Source of the DNA: Nageia nagi
Taxonomy: Eukaryota; Plantae; Pinophyta
Direction of reading: 5' to 3'
DNA: 64,000 bases
Assembly (NCBI GenBank): GCA_050084985.1
Contig: JBITNC010000001.1
Location: 204,662,001-204,726,000, forward strand
Shown: positions 38,463-50,075 of the stretch, piece by piece
How positions within the stretch are numbered: position 1 is the first letter of the stretch
How the letters are laid out: each line of letters opens with the position of its first letter
The notes under the pieces: model-generated
Told to the model about the DNA's origin: nothing
The model's input: only the letters and a program-made list of their open reading frames with translations
Database searches by the model: none
Translations under genes and position numbers: made by a program

Positions 38463-41400
38463 ATGACTTCCAAAATAAGACCGCCCCCACTCAAGGCCAA
38501 GAAAACTCAGGGGCAGTTGTTTGAAAGACATGTAACTAAGGATCATATGACAAGGCTCTTGAGAGAGAGTCAGATAGAGTTTCAAGAAAGGGAAAGACCA
38601 AAGCTCCCTAAAGCCAAATTCAAGGGAGATACATCTTCGTTGGAGACACAGACTAGGGAAATGTTGACCCCATCCAGACCATAGCCTCCACTGCCTCCAT
38701 CAGTAAGGAGGACCCATTAGATGAACTCATCCACACCTATGGATTGTTCAATGCCACCATGATGTCTTTTGTAGTTCCATTTCATAACTTGTGCTACAAG
38801 GTAGCCAAGAGATGTAAATTTGACAAGAGAGTCCTCCAGGACACATAGGGGAATGTGATTATGGATTTCTCCCTCGAAGGATTTGAAGCAACCTTTGGCT
38901 GGAAAAGATATGGGGACGATTATACATTGGAAAATTCAGAAGAGTTCCATGATTCCACTGCCCGGCCTGGGGACTACATAAAATCATGGCTATATGAAGA
39001 TTATCTAAACATCCAAGGCCATAGATTGGTCAGCGCCCGTAGGGGTGAATTCCTGCCTATTGTGGCCAAGTTGATCACTTTGTTGTCCATAGTCACAGGT
39101 TGAGAGAATGACTCTAAATATAGGAAGGAGTTTACTGGATTCATTGCAGTAATCAGCTCAAGGAGAGCTATCATATGGAGTAGGGTGATCAGTGATGCCC
39201 TGCATCACCAACTAGCTTACTTTGGCTCTTCGAGAAGATTTTATATGAACTCCTATCTTGTGTATTTGTTGTTGCATGGCAAGCTCAGAACCAAAGAGCT
39301 TGCGAATGAAAGGTATTTGGGTAAGAAAGGCATTCCTGTGTGGCAGGTTTACCCAAAGTGGTGGTATCACAACAAGTTCCAGCATTTCTATGAGAGAAAT
39401 GATCAGTGGGAGTAGTCCATCTATAAATACATCAAAGGGGAATCAATTGTTAAGAGGATTTCTGATGATGCCATTCAAGCCATCAATGCATATGCAGATT
39501 TCTATCTGCAATATATTGATCATACATCCATCAGAGTTTATGGTTCCGAAGAGCAACCCCTACTGCTGCCCAAATATATTAGTGACAGACTCATTCTCAT
39601 GGAGTTTGCTAGATAGTTGTTGTTTTTGAAGGAACGAGTATGGAGAAAGAAGAATGCAACTATCAACTTGCCCATCTCCATCGCAAATTATGTTTGTTAG
39701 ACGTGGGTTGAGGCCAGCAATATGAAAAAGGAGCTGCAACAGTACATCTTCTTCAAGGAGATTACAGCTAGAAATTATGATCCTAGAGGTGTGATTGCTC
39801 ATTTCTACAACATTCCAGAAACCAATCACTTTTCAGCACAAATCTTTAGGGAATGTGGAGAAGTATAAAATGTGTAGAGTGAGAAGGAGATTACAAGAAT
39901 AGATGCTCTTTTAAGAAAGAATAAGACCCGCCTCTAGGCATAAAGGCCACATCAAAAACCACACACTATCAAAGCATGATCTAAAGAGGTCCCACTCAGG
40001 ATCAAGACATCTACTCCTTCCACTAGTCCCGCACAAGACAGAGTGCCCTTGCTTCCTATTGGCAAAAGACAAGGAGCTCCAAGGGAGCACACCCCAGGCC
40101 CTAGCAAACGTAGTGTAGTGATGGCCGATTTGAGAGATGTTGGCTACCGCACTGTCCCCTTGAGCATGCTAGAGGAGGCCTGTGCCAATGATTCACCCAA
40201 GGAAAAGTTCCCTCGCCGCAACCAAGTTCCAATTCTTCTAAGCATTCCACTTCTTCTTTCGATGCAAAAACTGATGAGGAACTCGTCCGTACAGTAGAAG
40301 ACTCTGACGAAGAGACAAAGAGCCAGAGGAGTGATGAAGAGAGCCATGGTGAAGAAGAGGAAGAAGAAAGAATATGATGATGATGATGATGACAACGCTG
40401 CTGATGAACAGTACCCCGAGCAAGACAACGTAGTTGCAGGTGCTTCTGCACCTGATGAGACGAAAATTAAAACTCTCCAAGATAATGATGAGATTGTGGA
40501 TGTTGGGACCTATGATGATGAGGTCCGAGTTGTTGGAGTAAAGTGTGCCAAAGAGGTGGGTGCCTCCAAACTATCTCCTGCCGAGCATACAAAGAGGTCA
40601 CCCTCGTCTTCCCAGAAGCCCTCCAGGAAGAGGACCAACCCTGAGAGATCCCCTCAACCACGAAAGAAAGGCATGTCAATTGGTGGCGATGGCAAACACG
40701 AAGATGATGAAGGGGAGACTGAAAAGCAAAAAAATAAGAGAAAGCAAGACGAACACCCAGGCAAGGATGTTGCCCTTGTTCGGACTACTCCGACCAAAGA
40801 GGTCAAGAACATCAGCAAAGGTCAATTGTTGGTGCAGAGGCTCCCTCCTTACCCAGCAACCGAACATTCGAACCTTGACCTGGATGCCTACCTTAGAGGC
40901 CTCAGCACGAGTACGGCTCATGATGAGGAGATAGACCAGGACCTGCGTTCTAAGGATGAAGAAGAGGAGCTCTCCGATGGTGAGAAGATTAGAAGAGTAT
41001 ATACATTTGTTTCCACCTCCCGAAAGGAGATCTCCATTAGTCATTGCTATTCAAAGGAGAAGCATCCTCAAAGGGCAGAAGATTGTGTGATTGAGATGTT
41101 TACGATGCCTATAAAGTTGGGATTGACGGCCCACAAGAACATATATACTTAGAATGTTGCAGTCATGGAATAGGAGAGCTATGAAGCCAAAAAAGAGGTG
41201 AAGAGATTGAAGAAGAAAATCATGGCCAGCAAGAAAACCATCAAGGAGTTCCAGAACATCAATACCAGCCCTCTTGATCTAAAGAAGCAGACCTTGTTCC
41301 AGGAAGGATGGGAGTTGATGAAGGAGGAGTTGAAGAAGGAGATGATGGAGACCATTGAGAAGTTATCTTCTCAAATCTACAGCCTCCTCAAAGAAGATGT

Positions 41401-42020
41401 TGAAATCTAGGAGCTCAAGTCCCAAATCACAGCACACCTCGAGAAGTTGTGCTGAAATCTAGGAGCTCAAGTCCCAAACATTAGTAACTCCCTAACGTCA
41501 CCTACTTACAGCAAAGTTTGCCGACTGGCTCGAGAAATTGGTCTACTTCAATGAATTTACTTACCATCACGACTGGTTGAAGCATGCACTTGAAAAGTGC
41601 AATGCAGTTTTGAAACTCAGAATCCCCTTGAAGAAGCAAGTCGAAGAGCAAATGAGCACATATGTCTACCAGCTCAGGTTCTAGAGGGAGAATAACAGCG
41701 TGAGGAAAAAGGAGGCAGTATTGGCAAAGGCCCAGAATTTGATCCAAAAGCATCTAGACGTCGATGACCTCAGTTTGTTGAAGGCAGGGCATCCCATCAT
41801 CCATGAGAGACAGATGGTCATCTAGAGATACCAAATGCAAGCTACATCCATACAAATCGGGGACTATTTTTGATAGAACAATAGCATTGTTGGCATGATC
41901 TCCAAGGGTGTACGGAAAACCATGGCATTTTTAGAGGAGACCATTAAGTCGTACGGTCTCACCAGCAAGGAGTGGAACTCCGTCGATACCGAATCATATT
42001 TGGCCTATTGAAATGTATAA
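38463..42020 (+). pseudogene. ORF-X copy 2: about 1.2k codons with conserved N-terminal domain, acidic low-complexity middle and coiled-coil-like C-terminus; decayed
   Basis: Colinear ORF pieces 38463-38684, 38855-39103, 39185-39415, 40331-41152 and 41198-41410. Polypyrimidine tract plus CAG at 38451-38453 just before the ATG. TATAAAT at 37827. Confidence 0.75.
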
Positions 42021-42227
42021 TGCATTATTGTAAAGGTTTGTATTAAATCTTCTATGTAAGTTCACTAATACTTAAGGGTATCATTTGATACCTTAAGTAT
42101 TTAAGTGAATATGATAATGTAACTTGTCCTACACTCCATGTCATGAGCATGCCCCTTGGGTAAAAGGATGTGCATGTCATGCTTTTGTACATTGGATAAA
42201 AGGGTGATCCAAAGAGGGATTTTAGCC

Positions 42228-42234
42228 TATAAAT
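42228..42234 (+). promoter_or_regulatory. Putative main LTR TATA box (U3/R boundary region) of unit 2
   Basis: GCCTATAAATAAAAAG lies downstream of ORF-X and is followed by about 1.8 kb of T-rich R/U5-like sequence. Confidence 0.45.
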
Positions 42235-44032
42235 AAAAAGCTCCTTTTTTGTGATTACACACCAATTGTGGAGTAAAGTTATGCCATAGGATAGTGGTTA
42301 GGAGAAAAGAGTAGGAGGATTGTAAAAGATTCATGTTTGTGAATGAAGTGAGATCTAGTTAGTGGATGTACTCCTAGTTGGAGGAACCACTTACATCGTG
42401 TGTCACTTTGTGAGATTGTCTTATTTGTGAGTTTGTTAGATGTGTATTGTGAGCTTTCATGTGATCTTGGGTGTTTAGGAATTATCTTGTTAGTGTTAAT
42501 TCCTTCATGGCCTAGATCCAATCCACTCACAAATTCTGTTTGCGATAATCTTTGTTTTGTTTAATGCATATCGATGATGGTGGTTGTTGTTTGTCATACT
42601 TTATTTACTTGATTTGATTGGTGTAGGGTTGAGGTTTTGCTCCCGCCAGATCAAATCCGTCAGACTCATTTATGACTATGACCGATGCAGGGATGAGGTT
42701 TTGCTCCCTCCGGTTTAACTGTCAGACATTTATTGCATATTTGATCTGCTTTTGCGTAGTTTAGAGGTAGATTAAATGCATTTTGGTAGTGGCATTTATA
42801 TTTTGTTAGTTTTTAAATGCCACTTGCATCGTTTTATGTGAACAATTTGATTTTGTATTGGTATGTGTGTTGCATGTGTGCACACCATATCGGATTTGAT
42901 GCCTTTAGGGCAACACTTCTAGTGGCCTATTTATACCCGATTAAGGCCATTTAGAAAGGGATTTTTGCATTTGGATGCACGTAATAGAATCTTTGCATAT
43001 TGACGATTATTACATTTTGGAATGTCTGTAACAAGTTTTTGCATATGTAAGGAATTTTGAGACTATTGCACCTGCTATAATTGAGGATTTCTACATTTTG
43101 AATGTGTAACAAGATTTTTACATATGTTTGGGTTGTTGCATACGTAAGGCTTTGCATTTGTAAAAACTGAGGACTTATGCATTTGTAAAGCTGAAAAATA
43201 CAACATATGTGTCATTTCTGCATATTATTGCCTATCTGTAAAGGTTTTGCATATACGTGAATTTGCATCCGAAAGATTTCAGCATTCCATTGCATAGAGG
43301 TTTGTTGCATAAGGGATTCTATGCATATTATGTCATTTAATATCATCATGAATGGATTTCTTTCAAGAATAAGGTTATAAAGTAAATACTGTGAAGATTG
43401 TCATTTGTGGGATCATGTATGTCTGAATAGTTTTCCTTTTGAAGCTGCATATTGAATATTTGTTGAAGTGGTTTAAGCTATTCATTGCATGGTTTGCACA
43501 AAAGTGAATGTATGTTGAGGAGTATAGCTTGTCTCTATATCATTCAGTTAGGCTTATGTATTCACGCCCTCAATTCATTTACCGTTGTTCCACCTAATCT
43601 CGCACCAAAACCCTACAACTTCCTGCTCTCGTCTGGTAGCAATTTGAGCGCATATTGCTATTTGTTTCCCGGCTTGATAGTGAATACACTTCCATTAATA
43701 AATCCGAAGATGACCTACCAAGACACTGCATCATCGATGATATCTTCATAAGTTCATCGTTCTTTATATTCCTATGCATTTATCCCTACATTTGTGATCT
43801 TTCTTTGCTTTCGTTCACGTTTGCAATCTTTCCTCATTGTGGAAAACGAACTCCAGTGGTGTATTTCCCTTGTATGCGGTTAACAACATGCATCTCTGAC
43901 CATTGTGCCCTAGAACATATTCCATGTGAGCGCTTGGGGTAACCAGTCCTTTCAAGAGGAAAAAAATAACATTATTTCCTCCAAGTCTTGTGCATATTTT
44001 GGGCGAGAAAAGAAAAACATACCAACAATATC

Positions 44033-47000
44033 AAGGATGAAGAAGAATATTTTCTTGACCTTGTCTCACTCAAGCAACAGGGATCCCTAGATTCATATTT
44101 CATAGACTTTCAGTAGAAGAGCATTTTGGTTACTCACATTTCGCCAAGGGAGGCTAATTCATTCTTCTTGGAAGGTTTGAAGGAACCATTGAGAAGCCTT
44201 GTCAAAGGATGTTTGCCACCATCATTGAGCTTGGCCATCCAAAAGGTTTATGCATTGGAAAAGGCCTCTAAGCATGAAACGATTGCACCTAGGGAGCATG
44301 GATGTCCATCTAACAGGAAGAAGGGCGAACACAAGGGCCTCAAATGGCCAGATCTGAGAGAAGAGATGCTAGATTTGAAAAAGAAAGGTGAAAGGAAGGT
44401 AACTCTAAGGAATAAACCCACGTTGGGGAGGATGGAGGAAATCCCTCAATTTGTGATAGCCAAAAAGATGGAAAAGATAGTGAGGCAAGGAGATCTTGAA
44501 TAGGGAGCTACGTTTATCATGGCCAAGGGAAAGCCAACAAACTATGATGAAGGGGAGCAACATCCCAAAGAGATCCAAGCCATTCTTGAACATTATGGTA
44601 GTGTTTTTGGAGAAATCCCAAAGGGTATGCCACCGAAGAGGGGATTTGACCACATTATTGAGTTGGAGCCTGGATCCCAACATATGATGATCACCCCCTA
44701 TAGACACCCACGCATCTATAAGGATTAGATTGAGAAGACCATCAAAGAATTCTTGGAGATGGGGATCATTCGTTCTAGTTCTAGCTCTTTTGCTTCATCG
44801 GTTGTGCTTTGTGGATGTACATTGACTATAGGGTACTCGACAAGAAAACAATCAAGAACAAGTATCCCATTTCTAGGGTTGATGAGCTCCATGGAGCCAA
44901 GAATTTCTCTAATATAGATCTAAGATCTGGTTACCATCAAATCCATATGAGGGAGGAGGACATCCATAAGACAGTTTTCCGTTGTCATTATGGCCACTTT
45001 GAGTTTTTAGTCCTGCAATTTGGATTAACTAACGCCCCAACCACATTCCTATCAGCCATGAACGAGGCCTTCAGGGAGCAACTGCACAAGTATGTCTTGG
45101 TATTCTTTGACAGCATACTCATCTATAGTTCATGGGAGGAGCACTTGGTACACTTAGATGCAGTTTTGGAGATCTTAAAGCAATAGCAATTTTATGCCAA
45201 GAAATCCAAGCGTGAGTTTGGCATGACAGAGATCCTATACCTTGGGCATGTGATCAGCCATGAGGGAGTACATGTGGATGAGCAAAAGATCCAAGCCATT
45301 CAAGAATAGCCCACACCCACCACACTCACGCATTTGAGGGGATTTTTGGGCTTGTGCAATTACTACATGAGGTTCATTTAAGGGTTTTCACATTTGGCTG
45401 CCCTTTGACACAACTCACCAAGAAAGAAGCATTCCTTTGGAGTGAGGAGGCCCAAGGAGCTTTTGAGGAGCTCAAAAGAGTAATGTGCACTTGTCCCTGT
45501 TTAGCGATTCCTGATTTTTCTATTCCATTTACTGTTGAGTTTGATGCATCCAAATATGGAATAGGGGTTGTCCTTACGTAAAAAGGGAAGTCAATTGCCT
45601 TCGAAAGCAAAAAATTCACCTCCATGGAGCAAACTTTCAGCATTATTGAAAAGGAAATGTTGGCCATCATGCATGCGTTGGCAAGATTTAAGCAATACCT
45701 AGGGTGTGGAGGTTTTGTGGTTAAATTTGACCACAATAGCTTGAGGTATTTCTTTGGGAAAACAAATGTGAGTGAGAAACAACAAAAGTGGGTGAGTAAA
45801 TTGCAATCCTACGATTTTGAGATAGAGTACATCAAGGGCAAGAAAAATACAATTGTTAATGCCCTCTCATGCAACCCTTCTTTTTATTCTATTTCTATCA
45901 TCACTGTTGATTGGAGAATGACGATTGTGGCTGAGTACGTGAAGGATGAGTTTGCTACCAACGTCATTGAGGGGCACATTAAGAATGAGAATTTCAAGGT
46001 GAAGGATAGGTTGATTCTTTACAAGGAAAGGATCTTTCTTGTACCAAGATCCAAGGTGAAAGTGAAAATCCTCACTATCATGCATGACGCACCACTAGCT
46101 GGGCATCCAGGGCTCCTCAAAATGTAAAAATCTGTTAGGAAGAGGTTTTCATGGAAAGGTCTCAAGGAGGATGTCTACAAGCATGTGAAGGAGTATGTCA
46201 AGTGCCAAGAGAACAAAACTAAAAATGTGTTTCCTCCAGGTTTGTTGCAGCCTTTAACCATCCTTGTACAAAAATCGGAAAGTATCTCCATGGATTTCAT
46301 CAAAGATTTGCCCAGATATCAAGGTAAAGACTATCTTTTAGAAGTTGATAGATTGACAAAATATGTACACTTCTTTGCTATTACCATGGCATATACAGCC
46401 ATTACAAGTGGCTGAACTTTTCTTCAAAAAAGTTTTTAGTTTGCATGGACTGCCAAAACAAATTGTGAGTGACAGGGACAATAAGTTCATGAGCATATTT
46501 TGGCAAGAGCTTTTTAAGCTAAGTGGTACAAATCTATCTCCAAGTACTAGTTATCATCTCCAAACTGATGGGCAAACAGAAATAGTAAGGATACCTAAGG
46601 CACTATGTAACAGAGCAGAAATTAGCATGTGTGAAATGGCTTCATCTTGGGGAGTATTGCTGCAACTCCACATACCATACTTCCATCCAAATGTCTCCTT
46701 TCTTTGCGTTGTATGGTTATGAGGCCTCAAATTTTGTGGATATGATTTTTGGGGAAGGAAGGGCCCCAAAAGCTAAAGCGTATTTGCAAGATAGTCAAGA
46801 CATTTTGAGAGCTCTCAAGGAAAATATACAGGTAGCCCAAAACCGTCAAAAATGGTTTGCTGATCAAAACAGGACTGAACGCATTTTTGAGGTTGGGGAC
46901 ATGGTATACTTAAGATTGCAGAGTTTAAGCAATCCACGTTGAGGGGGAAAGGAGCAGGGAAGCCAAAACCATGCTTCTATGGGCCTTACAAGATCCTACA

Positions 47001-47290
47001 CAAGGTGGGAGAGGAGGCCTACGAATTGAATTTGCCAGTTGGAAGCAAGATCCACAACACATTTCATGTCTCATGCTTGAAGAAGGCTATGGGAAGATCT
47101 ATCTTTCCCTCACCAGATTTACCATCAAGAAAGGAAGTTAATCCTTGTTCTTGAGCGCATATTGGACACCAATGAGAGGAAATTAAGATCCAGGACGGTC
47201 AAAGAGCACTTGGTCAAATGGAGTGACTTTCCAGATGAGGATGCTACTTGGGAAGGATCAGAAATTCTCTCACACCCAGCTTTGAATTGC
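44033..47290 (+). pseudogene. pol: Chromovirus gag remainder and pol (RT, RNase H, integrase, chromodomain), frameshifted; protease not seen
   Basis: [84 protein letters not shown] and HLVKWSDFPDEDATWE. Confidence 0.93.
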
Positions 47291-47321
47291 TTGGGAACAA
47301 GGAAAACGGGAAGGGAGGGTT

Positions 47322-48282
47322 TGTCATGTGCCTTTTTTCAAGCTATGCCTTTTGACTTTAGCGATGACCCAAGGGGTCCACCTAGAGCTTAACGTCACCC
47401 CTTAGGGGACGTCCAAGCATATGATAAATGTAATTTAGGGGTGAATTTGGTAGATAGGAGCATTTATTGATAGTTTCACATGTATTTAGGCATCTTTGTA
47501 ACCAAGCAAAAGAAATTTGTGGGTCCTAGAGACCAATTTATGAGCCCAATGTGGGATGTCTCCCTCCTTGGATAGATAATAAGCTCTCAATAATGTTATG
47601 ATTAATTGTTGAGATCCCAAGATTGATTATGTACATCCAAAGATAGATCGAGACACTAGAACATTGGCACCAAGCACTTGATGACTTTTAGGTGAGATCT
47701 AGATGTCAAGGTGAGGCATCCAACTACTTATAGACCCAGCGCAAGGTTGAGAGAGAGCTTATGATGATTTCTGATATTGTTCTTTGACATTTCGAAGTTG
47801 GTGTGAGCCATCTCTTGGGCCTCTTGTTGGAAAAAAACCTAGCAAGAGAGGAATCTAGTGGGACGCAACCCTTGCCAAGTTTAGGAGCATTACTTCTATC
47901 CACTCGTGGAGCACCAAGAGTTAGAAAGAGCCCTTTGGTGGAGCGCATAGCTTGTCTAAGGGAGTAGAGCTTCAGTTATTCATTTCCAGATCTGGGTGAG
48001 AGACCCTAGTATGAAAGGTCAACCTTCTAGAAGCATTTTTGTTGTTTGATCTAGCCTCCAAAGCTAGATGTCAGCCCTATTGGGCCATATTTGCATTGTA
48101 CTCGCTCTATTTGATGATATTTTGAGACGTGGGCTTTTGCATCTCATATTTTGTGTGGTGTTTGAGCATCATTGTGTGACGTTGGCATTTATGCATTATT
48201 TTTGAACTTGGAAATTGCCCTAGCTAGTTCGTTGCATTTTTGGCTTAATAATTTTGGCATAAAAATATTTTGGTTCATCACA
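47322..48282 (+). repeat. Chromovirus 3' LTR
   Basis: TG...CA termini, preceded by the PPT and followed by TSD CTCTT. Confidence 0.95.
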
Positions 48283-48864
48283 CTCTTCCTACCAAAGTAA
48301 GCAATGTGGTCTTCTAGGCCAGAAGCTTTCCTTGAACCCTACTTACAATAAGACCCCATTGCTCTTTTCTCATCCTCCCCTTGAGAAGGGCTTGTCGCTT
48401 CCTCCATTTGAACAATATTGCATATATTTGCTTGCATCAAAAATAGATGGGGTGGCATTGGGATAGCACAACCTAGCACTGAGGATGACATGACCACCCT
48501 AGACCATGTGGCAAAGACTAGTGTCGGCTAAAGTCTGTCGATGCCTTAGCTTAGTTAACCACTAGTATTGTTGTAGTCCCATGGTTCCCTGTTCTTGTGA
48601 TAGATTTCATCTAATTGTTTGGTTTGTATTATTTCAAGATACAAGAAATTTATTTTTTGTTCTAATGTCAAAACTAATATTAGGGTTCCTGGAAGTGCTT
48701 GGTAAAGCATTTTCATATGATTATGGATTGTCTCTCTTCACAGATGAAGAAGCAGTTCACTGCTGATCTTGGATTCATCCTGTTTATAGTGTTGGATAAG
48801 ATATGCATATGAATAGAAATGAGATCATTTGTGATCAAATTTTGGCCACAACGGAAAGAGGAAA

Positions 48865-49181
48865 TACTAGTAGCAGAACTCTGCGAGTTTGGCAACTATT
48901 CACAAATAAACTAATCAAACCAATTGAAATTGAGTACTCGCCGCTCTACCAAGACTCTTTTAGTTAACTGAGTTTTGATAAAATGTTCACAAGATGTTTT
49001 CTGAGTTATGAATTTTTACCATGTTGCGAGTTTTTGTTGGACTTTTTGTCCAGCAACTTTCTTTTTCACAGGAATCGAAGTTTTCCTGAGTGTTTGCCGA
49101 ATCTGAGTTTACTATTATAGTTCTTTTTCACAGGAATCGAAGTTTTCCTGAGTGTTTGCCGAATCTGAGTTTACTATTATA
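48865..49181. mobile_element. Probable hAT-type MITE with a perfect 61-bp tandem duplication of its right end
   Basis: TAGTAGCAGAACTC versus GAGTTTACTATTA inverted ends and GAGTTT subterminal repeats. 49059-49119 is identical to 49121-49181. Confidence 0.5.
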
Positions 49182-49863
49182 CTGTAAATAAAAATCAGCT
49201 AGAGTGCCAGTCACCTTCATAATGTTAAACTGCCATGATTATTATGATGATTATATGATTCAACTAAGAAATAAACATTGAAATGAACGTTCCATTAGCA
49301 CTTGAAACATCCATGCTTGATACGATAGTAAACTGAAGAACAAAAGTGTTAAGACTGATAAACTACTAGCCAAAAACTTTGATCTTAAATATTTAATCTA
49401 CCTATAGTAGCACAATTTTTCCTAGAAATTTAGCTTTTTTATTTTGATTATATTTCCAACACCTTTCAATTTTAAGTTTTGAAGTTTCCCATTTCCTAAG
49501 ATTTAACTACTTTAGCTTTACATTAAACTTGCTATCATGTCTCCAAAAAGATTATAATTTGGAAAATAATATTACCATATATATTGTAGTGAAATATGAT
49601 ATTTCATAACAATCAACAAATACAAAGAATATCATGATTCATAGACAAGTAACAAATAGTCAATAGTTTTATCTCTCACTCCCTGTTAGGCTTCAGTAGT
49701 TATTTTCATAGCAGCTGTGTAACTATGTCTGAATAATATTATGTACACTACGAGTGGGGAAATGGTATTTTACAGATTGTTCTCTTCGGTGCACAAGACA
49801 TTGATCAAATACTTTACATGCAAATCAACATAAAGAGGCAAGAGAAGTGCATAAGTTCCTTAC

Positions 49864-50075
49864 CTTTGATGGAAAATGTGAGCAACAAAAGCAAGGTTTA
49901 AATTTGTAGATCCCTCAACAATGTCCTTAGGCGTCAAATATCTTCTACAGTTGATTTTTTCTGCTTGCAACAGAATTAGTTTAGCTCTTTCCATAAGGTC
50001 CTTGGATTGCAAGGGAGACAAATTGCAGGACTCTGGCGCAAGGGCATTTAGCAAATAAACATATGCTTCTCCATC
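49864..50075 (-). CDS. FIM: Fimbrin exon (CH2), the most 5' exon in the window
   Basis: DGEAYVYLLNALAPE...RRYLTPKDIVEGSTNLNLAFVAHIFHQ; CAG and GTAAG boundaries; 212 nt. Phase 2 joins the exon starting at 24574. Confidence 0.97.

Larger units (their letters stand above)
36556..44027 (+). mobile_element. Giant LTR-like unit 2: 7472-bp putative solo LTR containing ORF-X
   Basis: Termini TATTG (probably decayed TGTTG)...CCAACA and perfect 5-bp TSD ATATC (36551-36555 and 44028-44032), interrupting the host gag. No internal LTR pair, gag or pol. Both ends resemble the solo LTR at 61065-63652. Confidence 0.85.
35003..48282 (+). mobile_element. Ty3/Gypsy chromovirus (Reina-like), full-length but decayed, with a 7.5-kb nested insertion
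   Basis: Two 961-bp LTRs, TSD CTCTT (34998-35002 and 48283-48287), Met-PBS TGGTATCAAAGC (35965-35976), PPT GGGAAGGGAGGG (47308-47319), and gag, RT, RNase H, integrase and chromodomain motifs. Confidence 0.95.
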
